Positions 41,276-51,290 of a DNA stretch of 64,000 bases are shown here, one piece after another. Location: contig AP039715.1 of assembly GCA_051599415.1 (NCBI GenBank), forward strand, positions 248,001 through 312,000, read 5' to 3'. A program made the translations under genes and the position numbers. The DNA comes from Savitreella phatthalungensis (Eukaryota). Every line of letters begins with the position of its first letter. Position 1 is the first letter of the stretch. The notes beneath the pieces were generated by a model. The model was not told the DNA's origin. It saw only the letters and a program-made list of their open reading frames with translations, and did not search any database.

Positions 41276-43873
41276 TCACCTGTTGAAGGCTCTCCGAACT
41301 GAGGTCGTGTATCGTGCCACACCTTGTACTGCGAGTGACCTAACCATTTCATATCCGCCAAGAGCAGCGTGCTCGAAAGTCTCAAACGATGGTCTGGCCG
41401 ATGTGACGTGATGGTCGTCGTCTGTTCGATCGTGTTGGTGGTGATGATGGTGGTGGTAGTAACGCTCGTACTTCAGAATATCCTTGACAGTCAACAGTCC
41501 TCTGAGCCTGCCTGCCCTAGCAACGAGGATGACACGTGGCCCCAAGGTCTTAAAAAGCTCGGTTGCAGTCTCCAGGGGCGTTTCTGGGTAGATAGCCAGG
41601 AAGGAGCGATCAACCCAGGGCGACAAGTTCAACGTCCTTGCGGTCTCGCGGTCTGCTTCGAAGTTGGCGACATCAGGTGTTTCCGGAGACAGAAGCTCGT
41701 TAGATTCAACCTGCTCGTCGGAAGTGACTGCGGGTTGAGGTTGAGACTGACGGATTTCAGCTTGTCCATCCACAAACACACATTGCGTGGTTGGAGATAC
41801 GCTGGTCAGCGATCGAGCTGTTCTCAAAGCAGCCTGTAGCTCTCGCCGACCGATCAGCCCGTACACCTCGCACGCTTCGTGATCGTACACAACAGGGAAG
41901 CTCGTATACGCGTGCTTCGCGAGTAAGTCTTCGATGGCACCAACGGTTAGCCCAGTCGCAGGGATGGTCATAAGCCTGCGGACCATGATGGCTGCTGCTT
42001 TGATGCCGAAAAGCGGATCTTCCTTATTATCGAGGAATGGAAAGCCATTGAACCGTATCATCCGGTCTGCCACGCCGCCTTCCTCTGACCCGACGTACTC
42101 GGAGACGACTTTCGTGATGCCAACGACGATCATGGTCGGCAGGATGAATGTCAGCGCACCTGTGAGCTCGAACATAATGACCACAACCGAGATGGTGATA
42201 TGCATAATGCCCGAAAGCGCTGCAGCAGCGCCCAGGAATGCATACGTGCCCGGTGTGATGCACGGCACATCCGGCTTGCATGTCGCAAACACAGCCCAGG
42301 TAGGATGCCGTTCGTGGAGCGCAGCAACGAGTGTCCCGATCGCTCGTCCGAATGTCGCTCCGATGGCCATTGACGGCACGAAGATTCCTGCTGGCACCTT
42401 ACATCCATATGAGATAATGACGAGAAGCGTACGCAGAATCGTCGCGAGCAGGAGGGACATGATCAGCAGGGTCTTCGATCCTCCAGGCGAGCAGAGACCT
42501 GCATAGTTGTCATCGTGGTCGCACTCTTTGAAGAGCAGCTCCATCGACTTTGTCATGTCGAGGCGCAAGAAGGGATTCCAGTAAGCAATGATGGCTGTTA
42601 GGACGGCCAGAGTGACAGCTTCTTGAAGACCGTACTGTTTGAGGTGTTTCCTGCGGAAAGCTGCGACGGCCATGTTCCACTTCATGACGAATTCGCCGTA
42701 GACGCCACCGAATACGCCGAGAACAGCAAAGAAGATGATCTCGAAAAAGTGCCAGTCGCGATCATAAGTCACCTCAAACATGACGAGCTGCCCGGTTCGG
42801 AATGGGTTGACAGCCGCTAGGACGGAGGTTGCAACGAGTGCGCAGAAGAAGCTGCGGAGCATGGTCCTCAGGCCGTAGCTTGATGACATTTCCTCGAGTG
42901 CAAAGAGGACGCCGCCGATGGGTGAGCCGAAAGCGACGCCCACGCCTGCTGCTGATGTGGCGATGTAGATCTCGCGCATTCTTGCAGCGTGGCGGACGTA
43001 TTTATCGAAGAAGCGCGCGACGACATTGCCAGCACACACGGCTACATGTACACTCGGTCCTTCCTTGCCGACAGAGAGCCCTGATGCGATAGCGAGCGGA
43101 AGCCCCATAGATTTGATCGCTAGCGTCCTGAGCGACAGGAAACCTCTCATGACGAATCCTCCGATGATACACTTGATCTCGGAGATGCCAGAACCTGCAG
43201 CGTATGGCGCGTACTCTCTCACGATCAGTGCCGCTGCTGCAGAGAACAAGGCGGCGAAGCCGATGTAGAAAAGATAGTTGAAGATGAAGTAGTGCGACCA
43301 CGGCGTCCAATCGGAACATACCGCGCCTTCCGCCTCACCCCAGCAGCAGAAGGCCTTGTTGAGATACCAGCTTCTCCTGCAGTATCCGTGCTTAACATCT
43401 CCCAGGAACTCCGTCAGAATGGATAGAACAGCAGCGTTGAGGCCGATCACAACTCCCGCCAGCGTGACGGCGATCCAGGTCTGTCCTGCATCCAGCAAAT
43501 CGAGCGTCTTGACCCTCAACCTCGTTGACGTGCTGCGCGAGGCCGTGACCGGTAGAGGACGCACAGATTGCTGCTCTGCATCTGCGTCTTCATCTCGCCG
43601 CTCTAGCTGACGCTCCTTGCGCCGGTAGTCTGCGACAGCATCCTGAATCCAGTCGATTGTGTGAAACTCTTCGTACCGCTTGACATCATCGGTCTCGAGC
43701 TCACGAAATCGTGCAGCACCACCTGCATTCTCACGATGACGCATTCCATCCTCAGGGTAATTTGATCGACCAATCTCGTCTACGACCTCCTCACCAATCG
43801 AATTGACGCTGTACAGAGATTGGAACGAGCTCGCTCTTTCCGTGCGCGTCGGCCGTACGAGCCCATCTTCCAT
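41276..43873 (-). CDS. GEF1: CLC-family chloride/proton exchanger, Gef1 type, with CBS domains
   Basis: YEEFHTIDW, GSGISE, GKEGPSVH, FGSPIGGVLFALEE, KVPAGIFVP, VVIMFELTG, NGFPFLD, LFKTLGPRVILV. Confidence 0.9.
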   Translation of the reverse strand: MEDGLVRPTRTERASSFQSLYSVNSIGEEVVDEIGRSNYPEDGMRHRENAGGAARFRELETDDVKRYEEFHTIDWIQDAVADYRRKERQLERRDEDADAEQQSVRPLPVTASRSTSTRLRVKTLDLLDAGQTWIAVTLAGVVIGLNAAVLSILTEFLGDVKHGYCRRSWYLNKAFCCWGEAEGAVCSDWTPWSHYFIFNYLFYIGFAALFSAAAALIVREYAPYAAGSGISEIKCIIGGFVMRGFLSLRTLAIKSMGLPLAIASGLSVGKEGPSVHVAVCAGNVVARFFDKYVRHAARMREIYIATSAAGVGVAFGSPIGGVLFALEEMSSSYGLRTMLRSFFCALVATSVLAAVNPFRTGQLVMFEVTYDRDWHFFEIIFFAVLGVFGGVYGEFVMKWNMAVAAFRRKHLKQYGLQEAVTLAVLTAIIAYWNPFLRLDMTKSMELLFKECDHDDNYAGLCSPGGSKTLLIMSLLLATILRTLLVIISYGCKVPAGIFVPSMAIGATFGRAIGTLVAALHERHPTWAVFATCKPDVPCITPGTYAFLGAAAALSGIMHITISVVVIMFELTGALTFILPTMIVVGITKVVSEYVGSEEGGVADRMIRFNGFPFLDNKEDPLFGIKAAAIMVRRLMTIPATGLTVGAIEDLLAKHAYTSFPVVYDHEACEVYGLIGRRELQAALRTARSLTSVSPTTQCVFVDGQAEIRQSQPQPAVTSDEQVESNELLSPETPDVANFEADRETARTLNLSPWVDRSFLAIYPETPLETATELFKTLGPRVILVARAGRLRGLLTVKDILKYERYYHHHHHHQHDRTDDDHHVTSARPSFETFEHAALGGYEMVRSLAVQGVARYTTSVRRAFNR

Positions 43874-44094
43874 GCTTGAACGCCGTCTGACCAGGTAAAC
43901 AGAACCCGAGGAACACCTAGCTGGACATGACTGTCTACGACGTCACTCACAGGCTATATCTCGACACGAGCTGGAAGACATCCACGCTTTTTCCAGAGCT
44001 TATTGACTTGTGCAACTGGAACAAGCTCTACAATTTAGCTTCTTAAATCCATTCATGGGCGAATGCACAAAAATGTGGATCCTGAATTCTCGAG

Positions 44095-44121
44095 ACGCGT
44101 CAAGCTCATTAACACGCGCGA
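44095..44121. promoter_or_regulatory. Two MCB-like elements (ACGCGT, ACGCGCGA) upstream of the Dpb3-like gene
   Basis: ACGCGT at 44095-44100 and ACGCGCGA at 44114-44121, about 50-75 bp before ATG 44169. Confidence 0.45.
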
Positions 44122-44168
44122 GACTAACTCCTATTACTTACCTAGTGCTTGACTCGATTCGGTCTACG

Positions 44169-45134
44169 ATGTCGTCTCCAGTGCCGGCAAAGTCGGTCGA
44201 TGTCCCAATGACAGAGCCAGCGTCAGATTCTGTATTTGATGAGCAGCTTAACGGGGACCGAGTAGACTCAGCTGCTGGACACAACGCTGCGGCTGCAGAA
44301 GCTTCAAATGGCACACTGCAGCAGAACGGTGACGACAATGACGGTGAGACAGGTGCTAGTGGTGCTGCGTCTGGGAGAATCCGGAAGAAAGGTCGCTCGA
44401 CAACGACGAAGTTTCCGTTGCAACGAATCAAGAAGATTGTCAAGATGGATGAGGAGATCCAGATGCTATCGACGAGTGCGGCGTTGATCATCTCTGGCGC
44501 TGCAGAGAAATTCGCAACTTATTTCACCGAGCAAGCTTATCTGTACGCAACCGCTGAGGGTAAGCGCGGTCTGCAGTATCGACACTGCGCGAAGGCTGTG
44601 AGCCGTGTAGGTCAGCTGGAGTTCTTGGCGGACGTGGTTCCGAGCACTGTGACATTTGGGGAGGTGAAGAAGCGGCGGCAGGAAGCTGACGAGGAGGTCC
44701 GCGAGTTGGGTGGAAATGTTATGCCACCGATCGATGGCGAACGGATTGGAGATCCGTCGATCGATCCTGCTGATGTACATGTGCGCAAAATTGCGAGCGA
44801 CGATGCGTCGCGTGCAAAGGTGGCAGCGGCGTCGGCGTCGGCGTCGGCAGTCGAGGAAGAGGAGGCAGCACGTGCCGCAGAGCCAGCGAGTGCAGCCAAG
44901 GGCAAGGCACTCGCACACCCCAAATTCAAAATCAAGAAGCCTGTGCCAGACTGGGCAAAGCCAAAGGCTGCTGACTCCATGACAACTGACGCCACGACAG
45001 CTAGCACGAGCGCGGAAGCGGCAACGGCTACAGGGACCAACGATGTCGGAACAGAGCCTCCATCAGGTGCACGTTTGGATCCACCTGCTGGCAGTGTGGC
45101 GGACGCTAATGAGGACGTCACCATGACTGATTGA
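44169..45134 (+). CDS. DPB3: H2A-like histone-fold protein, DNA polymerase epsilon subunit Dpb3/POLE4-like
   Basis: FPLQRIKKIVKMDEEI, AALIISGAAEKFATYF, LQYRHCAKAV, LEFLADVVP. First ATG with a plausible N-terminus at 44169. Confidence 0.7.
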   Translation: MSSPVPAKSVDVPMTEPASDSVFDEQLNGDRVDSAAGHNAAAAEASNGTLQQNGDDNDGETGASGAASGRIRKKGRSTTTKFPLQRIKKIVKMDEEIQMLSTSAALIISGAAEKFATYFTEQAYLYATAEGKRGLQYRHCAKAVSRVGQLEFLADVVPSTVTFGEVKKRRQEADEEVRELGGNVMPPIDGERIGDPSIDPADVHVRKIASDDASRAKVAAASASASAVEEEEAARAAEPASAAKGKALAHPKFKIKKPVPDWAKPKAADSMTTDATTASTSAEAATATGTNDVGTEPPSGARLDPPAGSVADANEDVTMTD

Positions 45135-45381
45135 TTTCGCATCCAATGGCAGTCACCACCTTGCATTTACAGACCCAGAGGTAGATACAGCCTCGACCTG
45201 AATCTTGATGATCATGACCTAAGAAATACCTTTCTTCTACTCTTGTCTATATACCCTAAAATAAGCTGGTGTGTTCTGCTCTGAATGAGAACGAGAGTGT
45301 GTATCTGTCTCTGTACACTAACGGCATGTTGGAATGTGAGCACAATCTTAACGAGCTTAGCTGATCGGATGATTCGATTGC

Positions 45382-45904
45382 TCAGTCGACTCTGAGGATG
45401 GGCATTTCAATCTCGTGTGGTGGGACGCCAGCGTCTCGGAGTTCCTGCTGAACTTTGAGCATCTCGTCGATCTCGCGTTCCTCTTCGCAGGCGGGTCCCG
45501 TGATCTTGACGGCCTCGATGTTGCCTGCACCGCCGCGACCTGCCTTGTTCCGGAAAGTGACAGGTGCGCCTCCCTCGTCGCGCGCCGATTGTCCTGACTG
45601 GCTAGCGCCAAAGTTGGCCTCATTATTTGTATTAGCAGAAGACGAGCTGCCTGCCGGTCCTCCCCACTTGAAGTTGCCAGCGCCACCGCGACCGCTCAAA
45701 TTGCCAGCTACGGGCTTGGCAGTATACTCCTTCGGCATGTTCTCTGGCGGAATCGGATTCTTGATGACATAGTTGCCGGCGCCTTTTAGAAATACAGTGT
45801 TAATGACATGAGTCTTTGATTGAGACGGAAGAAGGGAGTGACGAATGGTACTTACCACCACGACCGGTGAAGGCCTGTGCATGCTTGCCGAGATCGCTCG
45901 ACAT
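45382..45904 (-). CDS. GRGGAGN-repeat protein (DUF3602/Par32-like); two exons (45904-45856, 45782-45382), intron 45783-45855
   Basis: Intron GTAAGT...CATTAAC...AAG; splicing gives MSSDLGKHAQAFTGRGGAGNY and restores a third GRGGAGN motif. Confidence 0.8.
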
Positions 45905-46865
45905 TGAGAGTCTTGATTGAGATCTTATAGAGAAAGTCTCTCACGCGCGCGGTACGGTAAAGGCGCTGTAGGTGCTGCGTATATATTAGGATGCCAGGAG
46001 GATGACCCAAAAGTCAGAGATTATGGGTGTCGATCGAGATCGAGTATGAGCTCCAAGTTGAACTTTTGGTTCACTGATATCTTGCGCCTGACAAAGCTGT
46101 TCATGCGGTCGACCGTCAGTCATGCAGTGATCAAGTGTTTGTGGAATTGACGTGCTGCGGAAATCAATCTTTTTTAAAAATCCTTATCAATCATCTATCT
46201 GACAGCCGCTGGATCTTTCAAACTTTAAAAAGTCAACTTTCTGGAGGCGCAGCGGCAATACAGATTCTCTTGATCTTCAGCTTCGAATCAGCTTCAACTT
46301 CCAGCTTCAGTGGTTGGACTTGATCTTCGTGCAGTGCTTGACTTGAACTCCAATCGACTCAATGAGTGAGCTTCACAGTCAGCCTAAGCTCAAGCACTGC
46401 AGAATTGAACATGGATTATCTTTGTCGTGCTGAGCACTGCACGGCGTGTAGTCCTAAGTACAGGTATTGACAAGGTCGATGATCCTCTCCTGTCCAGTCC
46501 ATCATATACAATTGTGATAGCTCCTGTGTGTCGATCTATAAAGGTAGACTGCTCACAAGTCAATCCACAAAAAGTGATCAGATCAGATGAGAGCCACTTT
46601 CCTGCCAACATGCCTGCTCACTGTTCACTTCAAGTGGCCGAGGCCGTGCATTTGGTGTCGCCTTTAGAATCCCTGTGCAGTGGCAGAAGCGCCGTCGTCG
46701 ATCACCTTTTCGTAGCAGTCCGTTGTCCCACGCGCCGACGATTGTAACTCATTCATCCTCTCATAGATCATGTCCGTATTCTGCGGTTGGCCGTTGTCGA
46801 TAGACTGCTACTTTGTCCCGTCTGATATTACAGTGAAACAGCGGCAAATTGCCTTGACTGAAAGC

Positions 46866-48026
46866 CTACGACAGGACCATGTCCGAATCTGCTGTGCCAT
46901 TTGCCTCTCCCTCTTCGTCATCCTCTTCACTGTCCCAGTCCTCGAAGTCATCCTCTTCCTCGTCCTCATCCGGTCTCTTCTGCCTCGGCATACCAGGTAT
47001 AATAGGCTGATTTGCATCAGGTCGTGGCGTCAGTGAAATGCCAGAAGCATGGACTAGTGCGAGCAGGTCGGATGCGTGGTCCCTGAGAGCCTGATCGTCG
47101 TACTCTTGTGCTCTGTAAAGCTTCTCACACTTCTTCAAGCAATCCCGTGCATCTTCCCATAGGGACGTCCGCTCCTTAACCTGTTTTTCGTGACCCTGAG
47201 TATCTGCTTGCGGTGGGAGAATACGCTCACCGAGCAGCACGTATGTCCAACCAAACAGGTACCACAACTCCACGGACTCATCGTCCTCCCGCTCGAGCCC
47301 TTCCAGCACCTTGAGCGCTTCGTCCAGCATCTCGCACTCAAGCAAGAGTCTCGTCAACGACAGCCGTGCTCCGTACACTGGCAGTGCTGCAGCATCGTCA
47401 CCCTTCCCAAGCCAGAGCTCAAGACTAGAAACAAGCGCAGAGCGAGCCTCGTGAGGGCGTTGCTGCGACAACCGCATTGATGCCATGGTCTGTAAGGCCT
47501 CACAGTGATGTGCGTCTGCAAGAAGCGCCTTACCCACATAGTTCTCGCACCGCGCTTCCGCCTCTGGCTCCATACACAGATCTGTCATGAAAAGCTCTGC
47601 CATGGCAGAGTAAGCTGAAGCGAGTCGTGCTGTCAGCGCTGTAGTCTCTGTAGAATCGTTGACCTGCCGCGTGGCGATGTGGACCGCTAGTCTTGATACG
47701 CCTTCCTCGTAGTACGCGAGCGCTTCTCGACCACCAGCTTCCGACAGCTGGCCCATCCATAAAAATTTGGCAAACCCAGCAGCACGCTCAGGATGATCGT
47801 CCGCCAAAGTACTCGTACCATCCACCTCAATCGCCTTGCCGAACGCTATCCGTGCATTCTCAGCATGCGCCTGCTCCACGAACAATTCACCGAGTAGTTC
47901 ATATGTGGGAGCACTAGACGCGTCGACTTCCAGTGCCTTGACTAACGTCGATCTCGCATCACTGTAGTCTAGTCTGTCAATCTCTGCTCTAGCCCTGGCT
48001 AGCAGCGTTCTGACTTCCGCAGCCAT
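46866..48026 (-). CDS. ACL4: TPR protein Acl4, assembly chaperone of Rpl4
   Basis: TPR helices, AKFLWMGQLSE.GGREAL, MAELFMTDLCMEPEAEARCE, EALQTMASMRLSQQR, EDDESVELWYL.GW, acidic tail. Confidence 0.88.
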   Translation of the reverse strand: MAAEVRTLLARARAEIDRLDYSDARSTLVKALEVDASSAPTYELLGELFVEQAHAENARIAFGKAIEVDGTSTLADDHPERAAGFAKFLWMGQLSEAGGREALAYYEEGVSRLAVHIATRQVNDSTETTALTARLASAYSAMAELFMTDLCMEPEAEARCENYVGKALLADAHHCEALQTMASMRLSQQRPHEARSALVSSLELWLGKGDDAAALPVYGARLSLTRLLLECEMLDEALKVLEGLEREDDESVELWYLFGWTYVLLGERILPPQADTQGHEKQVKERTSLWEDARDCLKKCEKLYRAQEYDDQALRDHASDLLALVHASGISLTPRPDANQPIIPGMPRQKRPDEDEEEDDFEDWDSEEDDEEGEANGTADSDMVLS

Positions 48027-48408
48027 GGCCAGAGAAGAAAGCTGGCAGCGTCAAAGAGTGATGTATACAAATGACTTGTGATGATGATCTCAGGCACCAT
48101 CAATAAAGTATGATCACATGCATGTAGGTGTGGACAAACTGTGATGGACGTGGCGTAGCGCGTCACCCACTAGAAAAACAGGATCGAAATTGAAGAAGAA
48201 TTAATAAAATCTTTTGAACTTGACCTCAGGTGATCCATTGTTAATATCTCCGGCTCCACGCTACTGCTGCCCTGAAGAAATACCATGTCCACACAGACGC
48301 TTTGGATCTACCACAGCAGCAGCACTACAGTAAGGAGCCTTGTGAAGCCCTGGTCATCATTTACATCTGTCAAATCCCAGCGCATCGCTGACTGAGCAGT
48401 CAAGAAGT

Positions 48409-50262
48409 ATGGTGGCTGATAGCAGCAAGCGTAAGTCGACTGAGGACGAACAATCGACGGTCAAGAAGCCACGCACTTCCGACCCGTGGACATGCTTCAC
48501 TGATGGCCTTGCCTCGCAGGATCATCACTTTGCAGAAGCATTTGCCAAGTCAGGACCTTACAAGCACTCTGTCATCCCAGCCTTATTCGACGATGTGCTT
48601 CTGCGCAAAGTGCGTCGTGAGATCACAGACAACTTGGTGTTCTCCGAGAAGGAGACAGATATCTACAAGGTCAATCAGACTGGTGACCTTGCCAACTTGG
48701 ACGGTCTGCCCGCGGACGAGAAGGCGAAGCTTATCAATCTGAGGACGTTGAGAGATGCATTGTACTCCGTGGAGTTTCGGGACTGGCTCAGACGCGTCAC
48801 TGGTGTCGGACCACTGAGCGGAAGCAAAATCGACATGTCAATCAACAACTACACAGCCGGATGTCACCTACTCAATCACGACGACGTCATCGGCACGCGC
48901 TCGATCTCGTACATTCTATATTTGCCGGGTCCTGAGGACTGGCAGCCGGAATATGGTGGTGCTTTGGAACTGTACCCAGTCATCGCCAAGGGCATCCCGG
49001 CAAACGATCCTACGCTCGTCATCCCACCGTCATGGAATCAGTTCATTATGTTTCCAGTACAGCCAGGTCACTCATTTCACTCAGTCGAAGAAGTGGTGGC
49101 AAAGGATGTCAGCAGACTCAGCATCTCAGGCTGGTTCCACGTTGCTCAGCCAGGTGAACCAGGACACTCCGACGACGTCGATGCTTCTCACGTGCGTGAG
49201 GAGGAACAGGCCAAGTCAACACTCCTTCAATTGCTGGACGCAGATGACGAGGATTTCGGCGAGTATACAGAAGGAGATATCGCCGGCGTCGACGACGAGA
49301 TTATTCCAAAACTCGAGGACACCAGACTCGTCGCTCACACGGAAACGCTCAAAGAAGCGTTTGAAGAGTCTGCTCACTTGACTGTCGATGGAGTGATCGC
49401 AGATGCACATAGTCAGCAGTCGCTGATCAACGGCTTGAGGGCGATCGACCGCGCTAACGGGATTGCGGCTGGGAAGATGACGGCTCATGGGACAGGTGTT
49501 GGTGATGACACTGCCTGGGAATGCCAGGGTCCACCGCAACGCCACCGCTATGCAAAGCTTGCTCAGACGATGCCTTCGGATATTGCACAGAAGAGTGACT
49601 CGGCAACCACTACAATGCGATCACTCTTTGCAGCGAGATCGCTCATTGCCAGCATGCCCTTCAAGACTTTCCTGGAGCACATCACCGGTGAGACTATCCT
49701 ATCACGGCGCGTCGCCGTCAGAAGATTCCGACCAGGGCTGGACTACACACTGGCGACATCGAGCAAGCATCGCATCCTGCAGGTCCAATGGTCGCTTACA
49801 CCGGATCCGACAGTTGCCACCGCGGGCTATGAGGGTGAACTTGGGCCGGAAGCGATCGATCTCGTGAGCCGTCCGATCAGTGGGCCAGCTTCTGAGGAAG
49901 AGCCTTCCGTATTCACGATACCCGAGCGCGAGACCGGCAGGAGCGATCACTGGAAAGCTGGAGAATTCGGTGGATACACGTGCTTTATGCAGCCTGACGA
50001 CGAAGCGGACCAAGATGCTGCCATCTACCGAGCGTCCACATCACACGAGAAGCAGGCGTCCAGCTCGACCGGTGGTGTATTGCTCACACACCCGCCTTCA
50101 TTCGATCGACTTCATATCGTCCTCAAGGATCCTGGTCTTCTCGCATTCACAAAGTACGTGGCCACTGGTGCAGGAGGCAGCTGCTGGGACGTCCTCGGTG
50201 AGTTTGTCGTCGCTGACCTCGACGACGATGGAGACGAGGACGAAGAACTTCAGGAGGCGTAG
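48409..50262 (+). CDS. TPA1: uS12 prolyl hydroxylase Tpa1/Ofd1 (OGFOD1); possible upstream exon 48285-48329
   Basis: KETDIYKVNQTGDLANLDG, GCHLLNHDDVIGTRSISYILYL, GGALELY, SFHSVEEV, RLSISGWF, RRFRPGLDYTLAT, DAAIY, FTKYV. Confidence 0.95.
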   Translation: MVADSSKRKSTEDEQSTVKKPRTSDPWTCFTDGLASQDHHFAEAFAKSGPYKHSVIPALFDDVLLRKVRREITDNLVFSEKETDIYKVNQTGDLANLDGLPADEKAKLINLRTLRDALYSVEFRDWLRRVTGVGPLSGSKIDMSINNYTAGCHLLNHDDVIGTRSISYILYLPGPEDWQPEYGGALELYPVIAKGIPANDPTLVIPPSWNQFIMFPVQPGHSFHSVEEVVAKDVSRLSISGWFHVAQPGEPGHSDDVDASHVREEEQAKSTLLQLLDADDEDFGEYTEGDIAGVDDEIIPKLEDTRLVAHTETLKEAFEESAHLTVDGVIADAHSQQSLINGLRAIDRANGIAAGKMTAHGTGVGDDTAWECQGPPQRHRYAKLAQTMPSDIAQKSDSATTTMRSLFAARSLIASMPFKTFLEHITGETILSRRVAVRRFRPGLDYTLATSSKHRILQVQWSLTPDPTVATAGYEGELGPEAIDLVSRPISGPASEEEPSVFTIPERETGRSDHWKAGEFGGYTCFMQPDDEADQDAAIYRASTSHEKQASSSTGGVLLTHPPSFDRLHIVLKDPGLLAFTKYVATGAGGSCWDVLGEFVVADLDDDGDEDEELQEA

Positions 50263-50294
50263 GTTGCCCTTCCCGTATTTACGTATATACATAG

Positions 50295-51290
50295 CTAGAA
50301 CGATACGTCTTCCAATCGCCGCTTGCCGAGTGACGAACCCTGCGAGACCCGATGGTTCCCGGAACCCGACACACCAGACGGTCCAGCCTCATCAGTGCCA
50401 CGCGACGCTCCATCGCCAGCGAATGGTGGGGGATCCTCACGCATCTTCCGCTTCGCCAAGGTCTCCTCCACCCACGCCTGGAACTTGAGACTAGCGAAAT
50501 CGATCGTCTTGAGCGGTTTCATTGCCTTGCCCTTGGTCCATGGCGCTCGCTTTGCCTTCATGGTGTGGTGCTCGTCGTTCTCGACCTGGGAGTCGGTAGT
50601 GGGGAGAATCTCGGCTGGGAGAGCGATCGGGTCAGCCTGACCTACACGTCGACCGTCACCGTCGACAACCCACCTATCCAAGTCACCGGGCGACCCAACC
50701 TCATCCTTCAACTCTAACACCACACCAAACGTCGCACTCCCCTCACTCCCATCACCAGCAGAACCAGGAAGCTTACCCAGCTGCGCCGTCACCACAGACA
50801 GTCTGACGAGGGACGCCCTGAACTGTGCCTCGAGCTGAGCGTGTGGGTGTACCTTATCTCTGTGTAGGTTTCTGAGTGGTAGTTTGAGGAGGTCCTGTGA
50901 GATGATGGGGAGTGCTGAGTAGTCGAAGACGTACCGCTCCATCGGTGTCTCTGGCGGCAGGGTTAGGGGGTCGCCGGATGCAGGGGAGAGGAGGATGATC
51001 TCGACGGTGCGAAGGGACCCACGGCGCATCTCGGCGTGTACAGAGTCCACACAGTCGTCCAGGTACTCCCGAATAGCAGGGTGAGACGCAATCCAACCGC
51101 CCATCCCGTACACCCGCATCTCACTGAAAAACTCACGCCGGTAAATCCCACGAGCATACAGGATCCCGTGCATCATCACAAGCAGGTGATCACAAAGCGT
51201 CTTGACAAGCTGCTCGTACGTCCATTCCTCCGACAGTGTTTCATCAGCTGTTCCCACCGACTTTGCGGCAATCTTTGGAGGTCTACTCAT
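50295..51290 (-). CDS. REV7: HORMA-domain protein Rev7 (DNA polymerase zeta accessory subunit)
   Basis: LLVMMHGILYARGIY...F..MRVYG, SHPAIREYL, PMERYVFD, LEAQFRASLVRL, TFGVVLEL. Confidence 0.85.
   Translation of the reverse strand: MSRPPKIAAKSVGTADETLSEEWTYEQLVKTLCDHLLVMMHGILYARGIYRREFFSEMRVYGMGGWIASHPAIREYLDDCVDSVHAEMRRGSLRTVEIILLSPASGDPLTLPPETPMERYVFDYSALPIISQDLLKLPLRNLHRDKVHPHAQLEAQFRASLVRLSVVTAQLGKLPGSAGDGSEGSATFGVVLELKDEVGSPGDLDRWVVDGDGRRVGQADPIALPAEILPTTDSQVENDEHHTMKAKRAPWTKGKAMKPLKTIDFASLKFQAWVEETLAKRKMREDPPPFAGDGASRGTDEAGPSGVSGSGNHRVSQGSSLGKRRLEDVSF

Noticed and set aside
46135..46860. Possible small gene between the GRGGAGN gene and ACL4
   Set aside because: Only short ORFs, with no recognisable motif or consistent splice model.
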